From: a virus
Lineage: Duplodnaviria; Caudoviricetes
Strand: one strand, 5' to 3'
DNA length: 64,000 nt
Virus record (IMG/VR): IMGVR_UViG_2886218242_000014
Span: 622 to 64,621 of that record
Part shown: positions 35,614 to 45,754 of the stretch, piece after piece
Numbering within the stretch: the stretch's first letter is position 1
How the letters are laid out: each line of letters opens with the position of its first letter
Program-made: the position numbers and the translations under genes
The notes under the pieces: generated by a model
What the model was told of the DNA's origin: nothing
Seen by the model: the letters and a program-made list of their open reading frames with translations, nothing else
The model's database searches: none

Positions 35614-38600
35614 ATGGATAGACTAGATTTCGTTCAGCTCCACACCCACTCGTGTGCCAGCAAGCGAGACGCACTTTCCAAGGTATCTGATCTTGTAGCT
35701 GAAGCTAAACGGTTAGGTCAACGAGGGATTGCTGTGACAGACCATGGCGTACTCCACAGTATACCGGAACTATACAGAGAGTGCCGCAAACAAGGTATTA
35801 AGCCAGTTGCTGGGTTCGAAGGCTATCTCTGCGAAGATGTAAACGATCCAGAATGCAAAACGAATTACCATCAAGTCCTGATAGCAATCAACGAGACAGG
35901 CTGGAAGAACCTCATGAGACTAAGTTCGGAAGCATTCACTCACTTTCATAACCGTCCTCGTTTTGACTGGGCTATGATGGAGAAATACTCTGAAGGGATT
36001 ATCGCTACGAGTAGTTGTCTAAGTGGGGTTATACCTAAGGCGATTATCAACGGAGGAAACGCTATGGGTTACCTAAGAAGGTATGAAAGAATCTTTGGAG
36101 ACAGATTTTACTTAGAAATTCAGCCAACTCCTATTCCAGAGCAACAAATAGTTAATAAAGTACTAGTTGATATAGCGGAAGTTACAGGAGTTAAATTAGT
36201 AGCCACCGGAGACGTTCACTATGCGAAACAGGAAGACTACCTAGCACACCAAGGAGTCCTAGCTCTAGGGTGGGCTAAGAAGCTAAAGCATCCAGACGAG
36301 CCTGCGTACCCATGTGAAGAGCACTATTGGATGAAACCTGGGGAGTTAATTCTAGAGGAGTTCGTCTCTCAGGGGTTTGACCGTGAGACAATCATCACAG
36401 CTATAAATAATACTGGGGTAATACTAGATAGGGTAGACTTCGACCTCAAGAAGAAAAAAGATTTGCTGCCGGAGTTTCCGCTACCTCAAGGGGTGACTGA
36501 TAAAAATACCTACATTGGCCAACTCGTGAAGGAGGGAATGCTGCGAAAGTACAAGCCAGTGACTCAGGAGGTAGTAGATCGTATCAAGTTTGAACTCTCA
36601 GTAATCAAGGAGAAAGGCTATGTAGATTACTTCCTTGTGGTAGCTGATGCTATCAAGTGGGGTAAAGAGAACGACATCATCTTTGCTCCCGGGCGTGGCT
36701 CTGGAGGCGGCTCAGTAGTAGCTTACTGTTTAGATATCACCGAGGTAGATCCTTTAGAGTACGGACTATACTTCGAACGCTTCCTAGATATATCTCGCTT
36801 TAAGATGCCTGATATAGATACCGACGTAGAGGACGTACGCCGTTACGAGCTCATCAATTACCTCCGTAGCAAATATGGCACAGACAAGGTGAGTCAGGTA
36901 GCCAATTATGGACGCATGACGGCTAGGTTAGCTTTCAAGAATGCCTGCATGGTTTATGACATTCCTTTCAAGGAAGCTAAGAGGATCACCGAACTAGTCG
37001 ATAACTCGCCTAACATGACTATTGAGAAGGCTCGCTCGCTTCATCCTGGATTGGTGTACTTTATGGATACCTGCTCAGATAAATTCAAACAGAAAGACAA
37101 CAATGCTTTTGTGTCAGCTCGTGAGATAAGCTGGATGGCCAGTAAGTTTGAAGGAGTAATAGACAAACTAGGTAAACACGCTGGAGGCGTCCTCATAGCA
37201 AGTGAACCTATAGCAGAATACTTCCCTACTTATCTACCGGATCACAACGATAAGGGCACGGTAGTATCGCAGTGGGATAAGGACGACTTAGAGGAGCTCG
37301 GAGGCGTGAAGTTCGACTTCCTAGGATTAAAGACTCTGAGAATGATAGGTCTAGCAGTTAAGTCTATCGAGACAGAACACGGAGTAAAGATTGATCCTAA
37401 CGAGATTATGCGTTCTCCTAAGGACCCTAAAGTGTACGAGCTTATCTCCACAGGTAAAACTCAGAATATGTTCCAGTTTGGTTCATCTATGATGCAAGGG
37501 CTTTGTCAGCGAGTAGCACCTAAAGAGTTCATGGACATTGTAGCAATTACCTCTCTAGGAAGACCTGCTGCGTTAAATTCAGGAGATACTCAGAGATGGA
37601 TAGATATTCGTAACGGACTGTCTGAGGAGGTTTACAGCCACCCTGACGAGGTTCAAGTCACAGGGGAGACCAAAGGTATTATCGCCTTCCAAGAGCACGT
37701 CATGAAGCTTGTAAACGTCTTTGCAGGGTGGACACTCGGGAAGGGTGACTCGCTCCGTAAGAAATCTGTTGAGGAGTTAGAGGCTATGAGGGAGGAGTTT
37801 TTAAACGATTCAATCGGACTCCGTGGAGAGCTACCTACTAGTGGGTTTGCTAGTCAAATGAATGAACTTTGGGACAGAATCATTGCCTACTCAGGGTACG
37901 GATTCAATAAGAGCCACGCAGTAGCCTACTCGATGATTACTTATATGACGGCTTGGCTTGAATTGTATTATCCGGCTCACTGGTTATCTGCCATAATGTC
38001 TACCAAGATGGGTGATAAAGAGGTTATCGCTCAGGGGCTAGCAGACATCAAGTCTAACGGTTTCGAGTTCAACCCCCCAGATATCAATAAGTCAGAGTTA
38101 ATCTTCACAGCTCACGACAACAAGATTACATTCCCTCTCTCGGTTATCAACGGAGTAGGAGATAAAGCTGTACAAGCTATTATGGATGCTCGTTATAAAT
38201 ACAAAGACTACCTAGATTCTGGACAAGAGGTTTGGTTCACTAGCGAGACAGTATACCCTTACGAATCCTTAGAGGACATTTTATCTCGTATACCTAAAAG
38301 AACACTAAACGCTAAGGTCATGAAAGGATTAATCTTCGCAGGGGCCTTTGATAGCTTGTACACAGAGTTAGAACGTTGTGATATCTACTCTAAGTATCTC
38401 CATCTCAAAGGTGAACGATTAAGTAAAATCATGGAGTTCGAAGAGAAGGAAAGATTCAATTGGAGTGATACAACCAAGGCAAGCTGGGAGAAAGACTTGC
38501 TAGGCGTGTACATCACTAGCCACCCTCTTCAGAAGTTTCACTTTAGAAACTGGCAAGAATACAGCGAGGGTGGACAAGTTCTAGTAGGAGGCATAGTCAC

Positions 38601-38811
38601 AAAGGTTAAGAGCTTCCTAGACAAGAAGAAAAACAAGATGGCCTTCGTCTCACTAGACACCTACCAAGGACAGCGTGAGGTAGTCGTCTTCTCGAGTACG
38701 TACGCTAAGTTTGAACACTTACTAGTCGTTGACTCGGTGGTAATGATCGACGGGAAGAAACAAAACGAGAGCTTGCTAGCTAATAAGATTAAAACTCTGG
38801 AGGTAAATTAA
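35614..38811 (+). CDS. dnaE: DNA polymerase III alpha subunit (family C)
   Basis: PHP QLHTHS/TDHG; PGRGSGGGSVVAYCLDIT; MPDIDTD; KFDFLGL; FNKSHA; C-terminal OB fold. Confidence 0.96.
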   Translation: MDRLDFVQLHTHSCASKRDALSKVSDLVAEAKRLGQRGIAVTDHGVLHSIPELYRECRKQGIKPVAGFEGYLCEDVNDPECKTNYHQVLIAINETGWKNLMRLSSEAFTHFHNRPRFDWAMMEKYSEGIIATSSCLSGVIPKAIINGGNAMGYLRRYERIFGDRFYLEIQPTPIPEQQIVNKVLVDIAEVTGVKLVATGDVHYAKQEDYLAHQGVLALGWAKKLKHPDEPAYPCEEHYWMKPGELILEEFVSQGFDRETIITAINNTGVILDRVDFDLKKKKDLLPEFPLPQGVTDKNTYIGQLVKEGMLRKYKPVTQEVVDRIKFELSVIKEKGYVDYFLVVADAIKWGKENDIIFAPGRGSGGGSVVAYCLDITEVDPLEYGLYFERFLDISRFKMPDIDTDVEDVRRYELINYLRSKYGTDKVSQVANYGRMTARLAFKNACMVYDIPFKEAKRITELVDNSPNMTIEKARSLHPGLVYFMDTCSDKFKQKDNNAFVSAREISWMASKFEGVIDKLGKHAGGVLIASEPIAEYFPTYLPDHNDKGTVVSQWDKDDLEELGGVKFDFLGLKTLRMIGLAVKSIETEHGVKIDPNEIMRSPKDPKVYELISTGKTQNMFQFGSSMMQGLCQRVAPKEFMDIVAITSLGRPAALNSGDTQRWIDIRNGLSEEVYSHPDEVQVTGETKGIIAFQEHVMKLVNVFAGWTLGKGDSLRKKSVEELEAMREEFLNDSIGLRGELPTSGFASQMNELWDRIIAYSGYGFNKSHAVAYSMITYMTAWLELYYPAHWLSAIMSTKMGDKEVIAQGLADIKSNGFEFNPPDINKSELIFTAHDNKITFPLSVINGVGDKAVQAIMDARYKYKDYLDSGQEVWFTSETVYPYESLEDILSRIPKRTLNAKVMKGLIFAGAFDSLYTELERCDIYSKYLHLKGERLSKIMEFEEKERFNWSDTTKASWEKDLLGVYITSHPLQKFHFRNWQEYSEGGQVLVGGIVTKVKSFLDKKKNKMAFVSLDTYQGQREVVVFSSTYAKFEHLLVVDSVVMIDGKKQNESLLANKIKTLEVN

Positions 38812-39645
38812 ATGAATTATCCTTTACCATATTATTCATATTCGCAACTTAGTAGTTTTCTAGAATGTCAACAAACTTGGTATCAAACTTACGTGTTAAA
38901 GAATCGTTCAGGCAATCGCTATACAGCACTAGGGAGCCAGCTCCATACAGTATTTGAAGTTCAAGGTAAATCTCTGCGAGCAAACCTACGTAGGAATTGC
39001 ATCCAAGACTTTAACCAATTGTATTTTAACAATGAGAAGGTGCCTAAGAAGTATTTCGACTCCAAAGAACAATACATCGAGATGTACAAGCAAGGAATAA
39101 CAGCTATCGAAAACTATCTCCAAGAGTACGCCAACAGTAAACCACTCTTCGTGGAGAAGAAATTCAAGCAAGTACTCATCGAAGGTACACCACCTGCTCT
39201 AGGGTTCATTGACCGAATAGATGGAGACCTCGGGGAGCCATGGAATTGGTCAATCACCGACTATAAAAGCGGGAAGAACCCCAAGAGTAAACAATTCCTC
39301 AACGAAGACTTCCAGCTCGCTATTTACGCACAGGCACTATATGAGGAGACAGGATTCTACCCAGCGTTTCTCAGATATTTTCATCCAGTTCCTAACAAAT
39401 TCCAGACAGCTATTCACCTAGGAGACGGCCTCTATGAGTACGACTACAAAGGACAACGTGCTCCTAAGGCAAGATTCTTTGTACCCGAGAAAATGGCTCA
39501 AGTGAAAGAAACTGTGGAGGCTATCTCGTTAGCATACAAACACAACAACTTCGCTAAGAAGACTGACCGCTTTGGTTGCTCCAACTGTTTTCATAAAGAA
39601 ACGTGCAAACCCTTCGGAGACGGAACTGGGTGGAACTCTTTGTAG
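38812..39645 (+). CDS. PD-(D/E)XK exonuclease (RecB/Cas4-like)
   Basis: SYSQLSSFLECQ; GFIDRID..ITDYKSG; QLAIY; CSNCFHKETC. Confidence 0.88.
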   Translation: MNYPLPYYSYSQLSSFLECQQTWYQTYVLKNRSGNRYTALGSQLHTVFEVQGKSLRANLRRNCIQDFNQLYFNNEKVPKKYFDSKEQYIEMYKQGITAIENYLQEYANSKPLFVEKKFKQVLIEGTPPALGFIDRIDGDLGEPWNWSITDYKSGKNPKSKQFLNEDFQLAIYAQALYEETGFYPAFLRYFHPVPNKFQTAIHLGDGLYEYDYKGQRAPKARFFVPEKMAQVKETVEAISLAYKHNNFAKKTDRFGCSNCFHKETCKPFGDGTGWNSL

Positions 39646-39687
39646 TACACGGTATGACCAGAGTAATACAACTGAGGAGGATGACTA

Positions 39688-40125
39688 ATGAGACAACGTA
39701 ACTCAAAGTATAACGCCAAGAAGACCGAGATAGACGGTATCAAGTTTGATAGTGCTGTAGAGGGAAAATACTACCTCCACCTCAAGGAGATGCAAGCTCA
39801 AGGAGTTGTAAGTCGATTTGATTTACAACCAGAGTTCATCCTCCAAGGTGGATTCACAGACGACTGGGGAGTAAAGCACTTGCCTATCAAGTATCGGGCT
39901 GACTTCCTTGTGTACTACAAAGATTCTGACCCTAAGGTGGTCGACATAAAAGGCCAAATTCTACCAGAATTTAAACTCAAGCGCAAACTCTACGCCGCCA
40001 AGTTCCCACTGGAGCTAGTGCTACTAAGCTACTCCAAAATAGACGGGGGATTCGTAACCGTAGATGCCCTCAAGGAAGCTCGTAAACTACGAAAGAAAAC
40101 TAAGGAGGCAAAACTAAATGGCTAA
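39688..40125 (+). CDS. DUF1064-type nuclease-fold protein
   Basis: SKYNAKKTEIDGIKFDS..E; YRADF; DIKG. Confidence 0.85.
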   Translation: MRQRNSKYNAKKTEIDGIKFDSAVEGKYYLHLKEMQAQGVVSRFDLQPEFILQGGFTDDWGVKHLPIKYRADFLVYYKDSDPKVVDIKGQILPEFKLKRKLYAAKFPLELVLLSYSKIDGGFVTVDALKEARKLRKKTKEAKLNG

Positions 40126-40807
40126 AGCTATCACGCTACCAAAACTAGAAGCGCAACTCCTACAGCAGGAACTAGGGAGAAAGCAAGAATCTATCCAGCG
40201 TGACCCCGAGGTGGACAAGCAGTTGTGCCTAGCCTACCAAGAAGGATCTAACGAGGCAGGAGTCATTCTCATCTATCGCTACCTAGATAAACTTAGCTAC
40301 ATCTATAGATTCCCAACTCGTTGTAAGAACCGAGGAGGCGCTAAGTGTAAGATTGACATCACAGGTTCAACTACCAAGGAAGATAAGGAAGATTTGTTCC
40401 AAGAGATTGTCTACCATTTCCTAAAGTTATTACTGGAGTACGACCCTAAGGTGGGTGACTTACAAGGACTTATTGTCGGAAAGCTTCACCTACGAGTATT
40501 CAAATACTTCTATGGCGAACTCGTAGACATCAAGTTTAACGAGGAAGGTTTAGATGACAACTTCGATATCGAAGAGGAAATCAAAGAGATATTTCTAGAA
40601 GACAAAGAGACCCCTACAGACATCAAAAAGGTATACATGGTTATGAGTGAACTTCCTGAGCAGTCTCGAAAGGTAATCGAGTGTACTGTCTGTAAAGGAT
40701 GGACTGGAGCAGAGACTGCTAGAGAGATAGGTCTAGAAAGCGCAACTGTTAGAAAAATAAAACAACGCTCTATCGTTAAACTAAGAAAACTAATGGAGGC
40801 GATATAA
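40118..40807 (+). CDS. Phage RNA polymerase sigma factor (sigma70 family)
   Basis: EDLFQE..LLEYDP region 2; region 4 HTH AETAREIGLESATVRKIKQRSIVKLR. Confidence 0.85.
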   Translation: MAKAITLPKLEAQLLQQELGRKQESIQRDPEVDKQLCLAYQEGSNEAGVILIYRYLDKLSYIYRFPTRCKNRGGAKCKIDITGSTTKEDKEDLFQEIVYHFLKLLLEYDPKVGDLQGLIVGKLHLRVFKYFYGELVDIKFNEEGLDDNFDIEEEIKEIFLEDKETPTDIKKVYMVMSELPEQSRKVIECTVCKGWTGAETAREIGLESATVRKIKQRSIVKLRKLMEAI

Positions 40808-41121
40808 TGGGAAATTGTAGAGGATGCGTTCACGTACTGGGAGACAAGTTAGTTTATCACAAAGGAGAAGACGTTCAGATGTTCCGTTGTGGGTATGCTG
40901 AGAAGGAGTTTGGAGGAGAGCGCTGGGTAGCTGATACTGGTAAGTGCGAGGTCTTCAAGAGTGTTATCCCTGAGGAGGGCGCTATCGAGTTCATAAGAGA
41001 CTGTAATGCTTGTGACGGAAGTGGCTATATGAAATATGGACTATTCACTAGAGGTGCAGAGTGTCAAGGTTGTAGCGGTACTGGGAAGGTAGAAATGTTT
41101 CCTAAAGAAAATGATAATTAG
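40807..41121 (+). CDS. Cys-rich protein with DnaJ-like zinc-finger repeats
   Basis: CNACDGSG and CQGCSGTG. Confidence 0.65.
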   Translation: MGNCRGCVHVLGDKLVYHKGEDVQMFRCGYAEKEFGGERWVADTGKCEVFKSVIPEEGAIEFIRDCNACDGSGYMKYGLFTRGAECQGCSGTGKVEMFPKENDN

Positions 41122-41431
41122 TTGTTTACTTCCTGGTATGACCATGGTATGATTTACTTAACGGAACGAGGGACAAGCTACTGAGTTACTGACTAGACTC
41201 TGACTCGGTGGCTTGATGAACTGGATACACCGAAAATAAACGGGTGAGTCGCATAGCTTCCACCCCGAGGAGGATGACTAAATGGAAAAGAAAATCGAAA
41301 GACTAAAGGAACTACACAAATATTACGCTCTAAAGATGAGAACTGCTGAGGATTACACAATGAAAGCTTACTTTGATGGACAAGTTGAGGGAATTCTGAT
41401 GGCGTTACGCCTTCTAGAGGAAGATAACTAA

Positions 41432-41710
41432 ATGGAATCATGCTCATGTATTCACTGCTCCGGAGACGACTTCCACCGAGAACAAATGGAGATCGCTAGC
41501 AAGGACGACTATATGGAGAACAAACCTCCCTCAGTGTACGAAAAGCTGGAGGAATTAAAAGGTAAACTCAACAGCACTCTACGGTATAACCTCGTGGAGG
41601 ATGTCATGTGTGCAGTGAACAATATAGACAATGCTTTGATAGGGCTGGCTCTAGAGTTACCTACTGAGCAGGCTGAGAAGTTGTTAAATATTCAAGAAAG
41701 ATTATATTAG
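41432..41710 (+). CDS. Hypothetical protein
   Basis: GAGGAAG RBS. Confidence 0.55.
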   Translation: MESCSCIHCSGDDFHREQMEIASKDDYMENKPPSVYEKLEELKGKLNSTLRYNLVEDVMCAVNNIDNALIGLALELPTEQAEKLLNIQERLY

Positions 41711-41726
41711 GGGGGGGAATTAAACT

Positions 41727-42437
41727 ATGAAGGTTGCACTTTTAGCACATACGCAGTTATCTGAGGAGTTTTACTCTAAGCTACCATTATCTCACTACAC
41801 AGACGGCCAAGCAGTAGCCCTGACAGCCATCCGCACGTGTTACTCGCCGAACAAACCTAGCGAGATCGTATCTCTAGAGGGAGGGAAATACTTTGGAGCA
41901 AAAGCTACAGACGGAAAAGAAGGAACCGAGGCAGACAGACTTATTAGACACATCGTCAAGTCAGGACACACCTCTACATTGGAACATATTACCTTTACGT
42001 TTGCAATTGAAGAAGTATCTCGAGCACTACTCGCGCAACTTACAAGACACCGAGTAGGCTTCAGCTACAGTGTTCAATCTCAGCGTTACGTAAAGTTCAG
42101 CTCAGACAGTAAGTCTGAAGGGTTTGACTATGTAGTACCTGAGAAGGTGAAGGCTAAACCAGGAGCCGAGGCAGTATACAAAGCTAGTATGAGAGCTATA
42201 CAGGCAGACTACGATACATTAATCGCTTTAGGAGTACCCCAAGAGGACGCTCGCTCAGTACTTCCTCAGTCAGCAACTTGCAACTTAGTCTTAACAGTTA
42301 ACTTGAGAGCATTGTTAGACTTCTACAGCAAAAGAAAACCTAAAGCTGGCGCACAATTTGAGATAACACAATTAGCTGAGAAACTTAAAGAGAAGGTGAT
42401 TTCAGTTGAACCTTGGTGTGAAGCGTTCTTCATGTAA
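41727..42437 (+). CDS. thyX: Flavin-dependent thymidylate synthase
   Basis: GHTSTLEH; AQLTRHRVGFSYSVQSQRY; EDARSVLP; NLRALL. Confidence 0.96.
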   Translation: MKVALLAHTQLSEEFYSKLPLSHYTDGQAVALTAIRTCYSPNKPSEIVSLEGGKYFGAKATDGKEGTEADRLIRHIVKSGHTSTLEHITFTFAIEEVSRALLAQLTRHRVGFSYSVQSQRYVKFSSDSKSEGFDYVVPEKVKAKPGAEAVYKASMRAIQADYDTLIALGVPQEDARSVLPQSATCNLVLTVNLRALLDFYSKRKPKAGAQFEITQLAEKLKEKVISVEPWCEAFFM

Positions 42438-42981
42438 CATAGGTGATTGCAAGAAAAATATTTACTGTAAAGGTATGTGTAAATCTCATTACAATAAAGA
42501 CTACTTATATGGAGACCCACATTATAATGGTAGGATACACAGAAGGAAAAATATAGATTTTAATATCACTAGTAGTAACTGCTTTGAGTGTACATCGCAT
42601 ACTCTAGATGTTGGAGGGTATCCGGAGATTCAGTTTAACAGAGTAAAATATAAGATGAGTAGGTTTATATATAAAGAGTGTTTTGGTGAGATACCTGATG
42701 ATTTAATGGTCAGACATAAATGCGATAACCCTAAGTGTATAAACCCAGAACATCTAGAATTAGGCACACAACAAGACAACGTAAACGATATGGTCGAGCG
42801 AGGACGGAATGCCAAAGGAGAAAGAAACGGATCAGCTAAACTGTCAAACTCTGATATAAGGCAAATAAAAGATCTGCTATCTAAGAATTATACTTGCGCC
42901 GAAATATCAAGAATGTACGGAGTAGCCAGACCAAGTATTAGTAGTATAAAACTTAACAAGACTTGGAGGCATGTCAAATGA
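42406..42981 (+). CDS. HNH homing endonuclease
   Basis: VRHKCDNPKCINPEHLELGTQQDNVNDM; N-terminal Cys motif; C-terminal HTH. Confidence 0.9.
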   Translation: MNLGVKRSSCNIGDCKKNIYCKGMCKSHYNKDYLYGDPHYNGRIHRRKNIDFNITSSNCFECTSHTLDVGGYPEIQFNRVKYKMSRFIYKECFGEIPDDLMVRHKCDNPKCINPEHLELGTQQDNVNDMVERGRNAKGERNGSAKLSNSDIRQIKDLLSKNYTCAEISRMYGVARPSISSIKLNKTWRHVK

Positions 42982-43388
42982 TTACAGCCACAGTAGAAAC
43001 ATTATTTGGTACTACCGAGTTGTACTTCAATGAGATGAGCGAATACAAGCGGTGGAGAGCTCTCTGGCAGACTTACCCTAAGAGTGACCGTATAGTTCAC
43101 GGCTGGTCGAGGCCTGTTATGTTTAAAAGTATTACCAGAGTAATATCCGTTGAGGACGACCGAGTAATCACAAAGGGGAGAAACTAATTTGTCTATACTA
43201 AACAAAGCATTCAGACCCAACAGGGAAGCTGCCAAGGAACACATTAAGTTGACTATCAAATACTACAGCGACTTAGAGACGGTCTCATTAGACAAACAAC
43301 TGAGTATTGCTGAGAGAGGTTTGTACGTAGCAGGGTTTTCTAAGGAGCAAGCAAGACAAATCGTAGAGGAAGCTAAGGGGGAGATTGG

Positions 43389-43982
43389 ATGATTAGTTTA
43401 CAATCGTTCGGAAAGAAGTTACCTAACATAGCTTTAATCGCTAAGATGAGATCTGGCAAGGATACTGTGTATGAGATTCTACAAGAACTTGGCTTCTCAG
43501 TTTATCGACTCGCTTTCGGAGATGCCATGAAGGAGATGGCCCACATAGAGCACCCAGAGATTCCTAGATACCCTAAGCCTGTGGAGTTCTACCAAGAGTA
43601 CGGAAAAAGAAAGCGATCAGAGAATCCTGACGTATTTGTTAGACCTACAACAAGCATGCTATGGTTCCAACAGAAATTAGACGAAGACAAAGGAGGACAT
43701 CGTACCTACGTGTTTACTGATGTGAGACAACCTAACGAGTACGAAGCTGTGAAGAAAGCTGGATGTAAGATCATCAAGGTGTGCGCCTCCAAAGAAGTAC
43801 GAATCGCTCGCATGATTGCTAATGGAGAAACGGTCTCTGAAGAAATCTTAAATGCGCCTACTGAGCAGTACCTAAATGATTTCGAATATGATCACCTGCT
43901 CGTTAACAACTGGGGTAGGGATGAGTTACGGAGACAGATTGTTGAGCTAGTTTACAAGTTGATATCTGAGGAGGAAAACTGA
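43389..43982 (+). CDS. Deoxynucleoside monophosphate kinase-like protein
   Basis: KMRSGKDT P-loop, RLAFGDAMK, FTDVRQPNE. Confidence 0.85.
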   Translation: MISLQSFGKKLPNIALIAKMRSGKDTVYEILQELGFSVYRLAFGDAMKEMAHIEHPEIPRYPKPVEFYQEYGKRKRSENPDVFVRPTTSMLWFQQKLDEDKGGHRTYVFTDVRQPNEYEAVKKAGCKIIKVCASKEVRIARMIANGETVSEEILNAPTEQYLNDFEYDHLLVNNWGRDELRRQIVELVYKLISEEEN

Positions 43983-44165
43983 TGGATACAGTTAAGATTA
44001 CTTTTGTGAATGGAACAAATAGAGTTATAACTAATACTAACTATGAAAACATAATGAACTGTGCATTGCAAAATATAAACTTTGTAATACACGGAGTAAC
44101 AGATACTAGTCAATCAGTAGTTTACGTAGTGTCAAATATATTGACTATAGAGAAGGTGAAATAGT

Positions 44166-44870
44166 ATGCAACCACCCCTAGAAGAATGTCATTTCGAAAA
44201 AGCTGCACTAAATGGTATTACCAGAGCCCTACTCCACCAGAGATACTACCAGTACCACTGGCCTCTAGAGCGTGCGACCACCGAGCCTGTCAATGTGAAG
44301 GTACCTAGTGAGCATGCGTCTTATATAGACATCGCACATGAACGTGGTATATCACGAAGCACCTACCTCACTAGGGTTTCCTCTGGTATGACTAAGGAGG
44401 AAGCAAGTACAAAAGAGGTTGTCAAGCGAGGGAGACCAGCAGGTACACATCGTACAGGTAGGCCGTATACTCCAGAGCAGCTAGCTCTAGCGGAGTCTAA
44501 TGGTATAAGCCGACAAGCACTCAACGGTCGTCTCAAGAGGAAATGGGATATAGAGAGAGCGATCACTGAGCCACCTCTAGAGTTCTGGCAGAGGAATACT
44601 GGGGAGAAAGCTCAGGTGTTTGTGTCTAGGAAGCAGCGTACTCCTAGGAAAACAAGTAATCCTATACTTAAAGATAAAGTATCTAAGAAACAAGAACGAT
44701 TGACTAAACAATACAAAGCTCTCGAGGATTACGCAAAAGAACTGCATTGTGCGGCTTATGGACGATCTGATAGAATGCTTGGAGGTATTAGACGAGACAG
44801 ATCAAATAGTAAACTAAACAAAGAAAAGAAGATACTACAATCAAGACACATAGAGGGTGTCACACTTTAG
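44166..44870 (+). CDS. Protein with three small DNA-binding-like repeats
   Basis: A..NGI.R......R....W..ERA.TEP unit occurs twice with a degenerate middle copy. Confidence 0.65.
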   Translation: MQPPLEECHFEKAALNGITRALLHQRYYQYHWPLERATTEPVNVKVPSEHASYIDIAHERGISRSTYLTRVSSGMTKEEASTKEVVKRGRPAGTHRTGRPYTPEQLALAESNGISRQALNGRLKRKWDIERAITEPPLEFWQRNTGEKAQVFVSRKQRTPRKTSNPILKDKVSKKQERLTKQYKALEDYAKELHCAAYGRSDRMLGGIRRDRSNSKLNKEKKILQSRHIEGVTL

Positions 44871-44912
44871 ACTATTCTAACTCGTCATCATGTAGTACAA
44901 TGTAACTACGAG

Positions 44913-45392
44913 GTGACTATTATGAATATCTTGAAGAACTACGCTAGAACTACACACAAAGAACCTACAGAGGTAACGTCTGTGAGGATACCTAAGAGTG
45001 TACACACAAGCTTTAAGAAGCACTGTGAGAAGTACGGACTAGGCATAGCTGAGGCAATTAACATCCTCATTAAGAACGAGTTAGGTGACACTTGTAAACA
45101 ACCAAACTACGAAGATGTATCAAATAAACTACAGGAACGACTACCCCAGAAGTCATCTTCACCACAAAGGACAACCCCCAAGTCGTCGTCACGTAGTAAA
45201 ACTGAAAGATTTAATGCCACAGAGTATGCTGTAGAAAAAGAACTGCCATGTCCTATTTGCGGGTTTTGGTTTTCGCAGCCTAATTTTGCAAGACATGCTA
45301 AGAGGGTTCACGGTTTAAGTAAGAAAGAAATCTTTACAGAGAACCACGATAAGGCTATCTCGATGGTTAAAGCTAGGACAAGCCAAACATAA
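44913..45392 (+). CDS. Ribbon-helix-helix plus C2H2 zinc-finger protein
   Basis: TSVRIPKSVHTSFKKHCEKYGLGIAEAINILI; CPICGFWFSQPNFARHAKRVH. Confidence 0.65.
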   Translation: MTIMNILKNYARTTHKEPTEVTSVRIPKSVHTSFKKHCEKYGLGIAEAINILIKNELGDTCKQPNYEDVSNKLQERLPQKSSSPQRTTPKSSSRSKTERFNATEYAVEKELPCPICGFWFSQPNFARHAKRVHGLSKKEIFTENHDKAISMVKARTSQT

Positions 45393-45754
45393 GGAGGTGG
45401 TAAGCTAATGAGAAAGTCATTATGGTGCAAAATAGGCTTTCACAATTGGATATGGTCTTGGACAGGTTTTCAGTTTTGTAAGAAATGCAAGACAAAAAGA
45501 ATAAGGATTTATGATTAGTCGTGCCACATTGAATACCAGTTCTTGAGCGTCCCCACCGAGGGAGGCTTATTTTTTTTGCCTACATAGGTATCAATACGGT
45601 AATACCTGAGTATGATAAGTAGTGTGCCAGATCGGTTGCCCGGTAGTGTAACCCATCGAGCATTACTGGACAGCCGATTCTACTGAGCTCGCACTCTGTA
45701 GGACAGGAACCAGATAGCAGGGAATATTACTAAATAGTAATAGGGAGTGGTACT

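Noticed and set aside
35614-38811. Intein or intron in polymerase, helicase or terminase
   Set aside because: Lengths are ordinary, motifs are contiguous and no splicing motifs were seen.
38812-39645. Cas4-like nuclease as part of a CRISPR system
   Set aside because: No cas1/cas2 and no regularly spaced repeat-spacer array; stand-alone copies are common in phage replication modules.
45622-45720. GTGTG start resembling a group II intron 5' end
   Set aside because: No domain V, no reverse transcriptase ORF and no interrupted gene.
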